A DNA stretch of 64,000 bases, from positions 64,001 through 128,000 of the forward strand of contig CAXXFV010000017.1 in NCBI GenBank assembly GCA_963674595.2. Direction: 5' to 3'. Positions within the stretch are counted from its first letter, which is position 1; every line of letters begins with the position of its first letter. A program made the translations under genes and the position numbers. Of this stretch, positions 60,601 through 64,000 are shown in pieces. The stretch is from a bacterium (lineage in GTDB: Bacteria > Zhuqueibacterota > Zhuqueibacteria > Residuimicrobiales > Krinioviventaceae). The notes under the pieces are model-generated. The model saw nothing but the letters and a program-made list of their open reading frames with translations. It ran no database searches and was not told the DNA's origin.

Positions 60601-61479
60601 CCAACTACAGGTACTTATTTATTAAAACTTTTTGTTGACATTAGTGCAATAAATGATCAAAATATTGGAACCTATAAATTAAGAGCTGCCGGTGGCGAAG
60701 TTATATCCGAAGTTGCACCGTTGCACGAACCGGATGATTCTCGTGCCCAGGCAGACGGTCAGGCTTTTCTGCCGACAGATGGTACCCAGGTTCTTGCTTG
60801 TTTTGACACAAATGATGATCATGACATGTTTGCTTTTCAGGGTACTGAAGGATATTCTGCTGAAGTTATCCTTGCACCTTCACATGGACCTCGCTGGATT
60901 AGAGAGTTCGATACAAAACTGACCCTCTTTAACCAAGATAGTTCATCAATGGGTTCCAATGATGATTGGGACGACTGGTATGAATTGAATTTCTATATGG
61001 GTGAAGTCAGCAACACCTATTCCAGAGTCTACTATGAATCATTACCTTACACAGGTACCTACTATGCGGATGCATTCCCATACTATGGAACTTATAATGG
61101 TAAAGAAGCAACAATTGGAAACAATGCAACAGGAACATATCTTATCTCTGTAAATGTACAAGGACCGACGAGTGTTGAGGAGGAAGATGCTTTACCAAGA
61201 GAATTTGCCTTGGATCAAAACTTTCCAAACCCGTTTAATCCTGTTACAACCATCCAATATCGTTTAAAAGAACCTGTACATGTTAATATTACAATCTATA
61301 ACATTATGGGACAAAAAGTAAGAACGTTGGTGGATGTAAAACAAAATACCGGCAGCTATGCCATTCAATGGAATTCAGTGGATGACTTTGGTCAACATGT
61401 AGCTAGCGGATTGTATTTTTATCGAATCCAGGCCGGTGACAAATTTGTAAAAACAAACAAAATGATACTTATGAAATAA
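57655..61479 (+). CDS. T9SS type A-sorted protein with four tandem ~290-aa modules (paired PPC-like beta-sandwich domains)
   Basis: Modules begin EVENNN, EIEPND, EKEKND, ETEPNN; each carries GR...FR[IL][AS]G[WF].P, [HG]EP[DG], R[DE].D[ST] and NDD motifs; C-terminus LDQNFPNPFNP...KMILMK. Confidence 0.87.
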   Translation: MQKLIFRSLSTMLIVLLAFSISFAQGDIAEVENNNYFANAMPVDITTREITELDCNFSALEDIDIYMVELSTDSIYHFYSDSSDIMGDTHVELYFGGDTTTNILSASPDGRGWQNNFRIAGWSPQEYGSGTYYIKVNSPDQITAPYTGDYKIRLISQNLDYWANLHEPDNSFQQAFGQFTLPVDGSRFYGMCFNLDDLPTGKDDIDIFYMVGETGKRLWVETEPVQGYPHTRDMDSKIYVYDGDGNELLANNDDKSNQEEDFGSNNVFSLAVIDSLPYDGLYYVIMTSFYAAYNNSGVSQHSDSDPSTGGYVAYSWMGETKTEIEPNDDAANATPLCEGITGVQMGGDNNLVIDASLSSDSDVDWYAFNLKTTKMYTFNTANSSVGGDMKLEVYNKKDLSTNLIDDAVNGRYNSNDFRLSGWIPPENGIYLFKVSGGWGAVGGDNTGEYQFRMGWVTWAKTAQFGEPGNDTQTQWTNPEKSIYYGVGANTNEVKFDSSMTYATIYPADDVDWYWFEGEAGDIIDAELFSAMDWDGSWHRDFDTKMTLVDPNGESVENDDYRPGDESYAGNTFSAVKGYVLKETGTVWIKVDSYYSGADADFGSPAIGAYRLIVYSSAAAPEFAEKEKNDTFPLAMPVPEDKDVLCKFSSASDVDIFAFEMSTDRMYFINSYEDQLGADTHAELFAASDTSTNVLDGSIDGRYHGNSFRLSGFIPAENGTYYLKLTNSSPGLGSYKLRARSSEIATLGSFHEPDNTFAQADAMGDLPLDAVTKTGALYNAADPKFENDMDIYRIQCTAGQMLSAQLLPVGGETWDRDTDTIMMLVDVAGDTVADNDDATGTYSTVNYEVAQSGTHYILVTGYYSSHNGEEANSRNPGVGDYLLKVSGNMTETEPNNSAETANLIPISNNNLIDASFSTEDLEDWFKVELETGKYYYFNSADSKVGQNIQVEVYSQDNPTTNLVDNSLFGRFGSSDFRLSGWTPPTTGTYLLKLFVDISAINDQNIGTYKLRAAGGEVISEVAPLHEPDDSRAQADGQAFLPTDGTQVLACFDTNDDHDMFAFQGTEGYSAEVILAPSHGPRWIREFDTKLTLFNQDSSSMGSNDDWDDWYELNFYMGEVSNTYSRVYYESLPYTGTYYADAFPYYGTYNGKEATIGNNATGTYLISVNVQGPTSVEEEDALPREFALDQNFPNPFNPVTTIQYRLKEPVHVNITIYNIMGQKVRTLVDVKQNTGSYAIQWNSVDDFGQHVASGLYFYRIQAGDKFVKTNKMILMK

Positions 61480-61485
61480 TTCGTA

Positions 61486-61511
61486 ATCCCCGGCGTTTCG
61501 GCGCCGGGGAT
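61486..61511 (+). terminator. GC-rich hairpin after the repeat-protein gene (terminator or 3' stabiliser)
   Basis: ATCCCCGGCG-TTTCGG-CGCCGGGGAT, weak U tract. Confidence 0.6.
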
Positions 61512-61541
61512 ATAATTTTAATTTCACTATTGGATAATTAC

Positions 61542-62930
61542 ATGTTAGGACTCTCTGAAAAAATCTACGATTTTGCTGTTATTGGTGCTGGTGTTGTTGG
61601 TACTGCTATCACGCGGGAGCTGTCACACTATCATAAAAATGTTGTTTTGATAGAAGCTGAAAACGATATCGGAACAGGTACTAGTAAGGCTAACACGTCT
61701 ATTTGGCATACCGGTTATGATGCAAAACCCGGTACTCTTGAAGCACAACTTTTAACTCGAAGCTATGAACTATTAAAAGATTATGTTGAGCTTGCCGGTA
61801 TACCTAATGAACGTTTGGGTGCCGTACTTGTAGCCTGGAATGAAGATCAGTTTAATGCTTTGCCTCAAATTGTGGAAAAAGCTCACAGAAACGGCGTAAC
61901 AGATGTGGAACAAATCAGCGTTGAAAAAGTTTATGAACTAGAACCCGGTATTAATAAAAATGCTCTTGGAGGCATAATTGTACCAGGTGAATCTATTATT
62001 TGTACCTATTCGCTGCCTTTAGCAATGGGTTATGACGCTGTTTTAAACGATGCAGAAATTATTCGTGGTTTTAGAGTCGATACAATTGATAAACAGGAAG
62101 ATTTTTATTCGATAAAATCAAACGGTAATGAGATTAAAAGTAAATATGTGATAAACTGTGCCGGATTATTTTCAGATAAAATTGATAATATGCTGGGTCA
62201 CCAACGGTTTACTGTAACACCCAGAAGGGGGGAACTCATAGTTTTTGATAAACTGGCCAGTTCCCTTGTCAACCACATTCTTTTACCCATACCAACATCC
62301 ATAACCAAAGGTGTTTTGGTTAGCCCAACTGTTTTTGGAAATATTATGCTTGGCCCGACTGCTGAAGACCTTGATGATAAAACAAATAAAGGTACAAGCG
62401 AGCAGGGAATTGAATCGTTATGGGCTAAAGGTGAGCAAATCGTCTCGCCCCTATTAAAAGAACAAGTTACGGCAACATACGCCGGTTTACGTGCTGCAAC
62501 GGAACATAGTGATTATCAATTATTTTTTCATCCGGAACAAAATTATATTTGTGTTGGTGGAATACGATCAACAGGTGTTTCGTCTTGCCTTGGTATTGCG
62601 GAATATGTTCGAAACCATTTGAATGAATTAAATATGTTGGGACCTGTTAAACAAGATATAAAATCCTGCAAAGTGCCAAAAATTGGTGAACACAATATCA
62701 GACCCTATCAGGATGCTGAGATGATTAAAAAAGATCCTGACTTTGGACGTATAATCTGCCACTGTGAACGTGTAACGTTAGGTGAAATAAAGGAAACTTT
62801 TAACGCCCCTGTTCCGGCAGTTGATTTTGAAGGAATCAAGAGACGAACCCGATGTTCTCAGGGACGGTGTCAGGGATTTCATTGTCAAGCAGATATCTAC
62901 TCTATTTTAGAGAATTATAATAAAAATTAG
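61542..62930 (+). CDS. FAD-dependent oxidoreductase, glycerol-3-phosphate dehydrogenase (GlpA/LhgO)-like with BFD [2Fe-2S] domain
   Basis: VIGAGVVG, GTSKANT..HTGYD, INCAGL, PRRGE, TKGVLV, AGLR, GIRSTG, ICHCERVT...RRTRCSQGRCQGFHC. Confidence 0.85.
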   Translation: MLGLSEKIYDFAVIGAGVVGTAITRELSHYHKNVVLIEAENDIGTGTSKANTSIWHTGYDAKPGTLEAQLLTRSYELLKDYVELAGIPNERLGAVLVAWNEDQFNALPQIVEKAHRNGVTDVEQISVEKVYELEPGINKNALGGIIVPGESIICTYSLPLAMGYDAVLNDAEIIRGFRVDTIDKQEDFYSIKSNGNEIKSKYVINCAGLFSDKIDNMLGHQRFTVTPRRGELIVFDKLASSLVNHILLPIPTSITKGVLVSPTVFGNIMLGPTAEDLDDKTNKGTSEQGIESLWAKGEQIVSPLLKEQVTATYAGLRAATEHSDYQLFFHPEQNYICVGGIRSTGVSSCLGIAEYVRNHLNELNMLGPVKQDIKSCKVPKIGEHNIRPYQDAEMIKKDPDFGRIICHCERVTLGEIKETFNAPVPAVDFEGIKRRTRCSQGRCQGFHCQADIYSILENYNKN

Positions 62931-62955
62931 TTATTTGGCAGGAGAATAATATAAA

Positions 62956-64000
62956 ATGTCTATAATGGAAACAACAGTTCTTATAATAGGTGCGGGGCCG
63001 GCCGGTCTGGCAGCCGCGCAGGAATTAACAAAACAAGGTAAAAAAGTAATTGTTATTGACCGTGAAAAATTTGCTGGTGGCTTTCCACGATATTGCCATC
63101 ATCAGGGATTTGGACTGCGCGATGTCCACTTTTCATTTTCCGGTCCGTCTTATTCAGCGCATTATGTAAAAAAATCTGAAAAGCTTGGAATAAATATCCT
63201 TACTGAAACAACAGCCATATCCTGGGAAGATGATAACACTGTTTTAACTTCCAGTCCCAATGGGTTGGCAAAAATTAAAGCAGATGCAATATTGATTGCA
63301 ACCGGTTGTCGGGAAAAACCTCGTGCTGCACGGCTTGTGCCTGGTTCACGTCCCTTTGGTGTTTATACTACCGGGTCACTTCAGGACTTTGTACATGAAT
63401 ATCATAAACCTGTCGGCAATAAGGTTGTCATTGTTGGTGCCGAACTTGTCAGTTTGTCCGCCATTGCTACTGTAAAAAAAGCAAAAGGTAAGGTCAAGTG
63501 CCTGGTTACCGAACATGAAAAACATCAGGCTTATTTTCCCTATTCTCTGTACAAATTTTATACGGCAACATTGAATAATATTCCTGTATATACTAAAACA
63601 AAACTGACAAACATTATCGGCAACAAGAAAATTGAAGCGGTTGAAATTTTAAATTTACAGGATAATACAACAAAAACTATTGATTGTGATGCTTTGGTAT
63701 TTACTGGTGGATGGATTCCCGACCACGAGTTTTCCAGACTGGGAGGACTCGAAATAGATCCGTTTACCAACGGTCCGTCTGTTGATAATAATCTCAAAAC
63801 ATCTAAAAAAGGTGTTTTTGCAGCCGGAAACGTATTAAGAGGTGCGGAAACAGCAGATATTGCCGCCCTTGAAGGAAAATTTGTAGCTCAAAATATTCTT
63901 AATTATTTGGACTCTAAAACCTGGGAAGCTGACACCGCCCATGTTGATAAAGACGAGTCTATGGAATGGGTATTTCCTCAACAGATTAACACAAATGATT
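62956..64000 (+). CDS. NAD(P)/FAD-dependent pyridine nucleotide-disulfide oxidoreductase (3' end runs off window)
   Basis: Missing from ORF track. Hand translation MSIMETTVLIIGAGPAGLAAA...GGFPRYCHHQGFG...IATGCREKPR...PGSRP.GVYTTG...GVFAAGNVLRG; usual partner of the upstream GlpA-like gene. Confidence 0.85.
   Translation, partial: MSIMETTVLIIGAGPAGLAAAQELTKQGKKVIVIDREKFAGGFPRYCHHQGFGLRDVHFSFSGPSYSAHYVKKSEKLGINILTETTAISWEDDNTVLTSSPNGLAKIKADAILIATGCREKPRAARLVPGSRPFGVYTTGSLQDFVHEYHKPVGNKVVIVGAELVSLSAIATVKKAKGKVKCLVTEHEKHQAYFPYSLYKFYTATLNNIPVYTKTKLTNIIGNKKIEAVEILNLQDNTTKTIDCDALVFTGGWIPDHEFSRLGGLEIDPFTNGPSVDNNLKTSKKGVFAAGNVLRGAETADIAALEGKFVAQNILNYLDSKTWEADTAHVDKDESMEWVFPQQINTND

Noticed and set aside
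1-64000. tRNA, rRNA, IS transposase, prophage, recoded stop codons
   Set aside because: None recognised by eye; genes end at normal stops with full-length products. A covariance-model scan was not possible, so small RNAs could be missed.

Overview
Gene-dense, AT-rich bacterial chromosomal window. T9SS/FlgD-type C-terminal sorting domains, a PorV-like barrel and a Caldithrix-type DPP III point to an FCB-group lineage such as KSB1/Calditrichota (inference). Content: arabinofuranosidase-type CAZyme genes (GH172, GH51) and sugar catabolism genes; an orphan PAS histidine kinase; peptidases; a fatty-acid module (fadL / TetR / etfBA / membrane Fe-S oxidoreductase) with five copies of a candidate operator; thiI; and a SusD-less TonB-dependent receptor + T9SS cargo + PorV-like locus followed by glycerol-3-phosphate dehydrogenase-like genes. 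The most striking structure is two ~1.4 kb arrays (about 19 units of 75-76 bp each) of paired inverted GTAG-type REP hairpins. They bracket, in direct orientation, a three-gene operon (YefM antitoxin, YoeB toxin, unknown membrane protein), and no RAYT transposase is present in the window. Other anomalies: a probable ATT start codon, a single-base frameshift in a Tat-exported flavoprotein gene, and an orphan strong Shine-Dalgarno plus hairpin in front of a repeat surface-protein gene. No tRNA, rRNA, CRISPR array or IS transposase was recognised. All product calls come from motif recognition by eye, not database searches.
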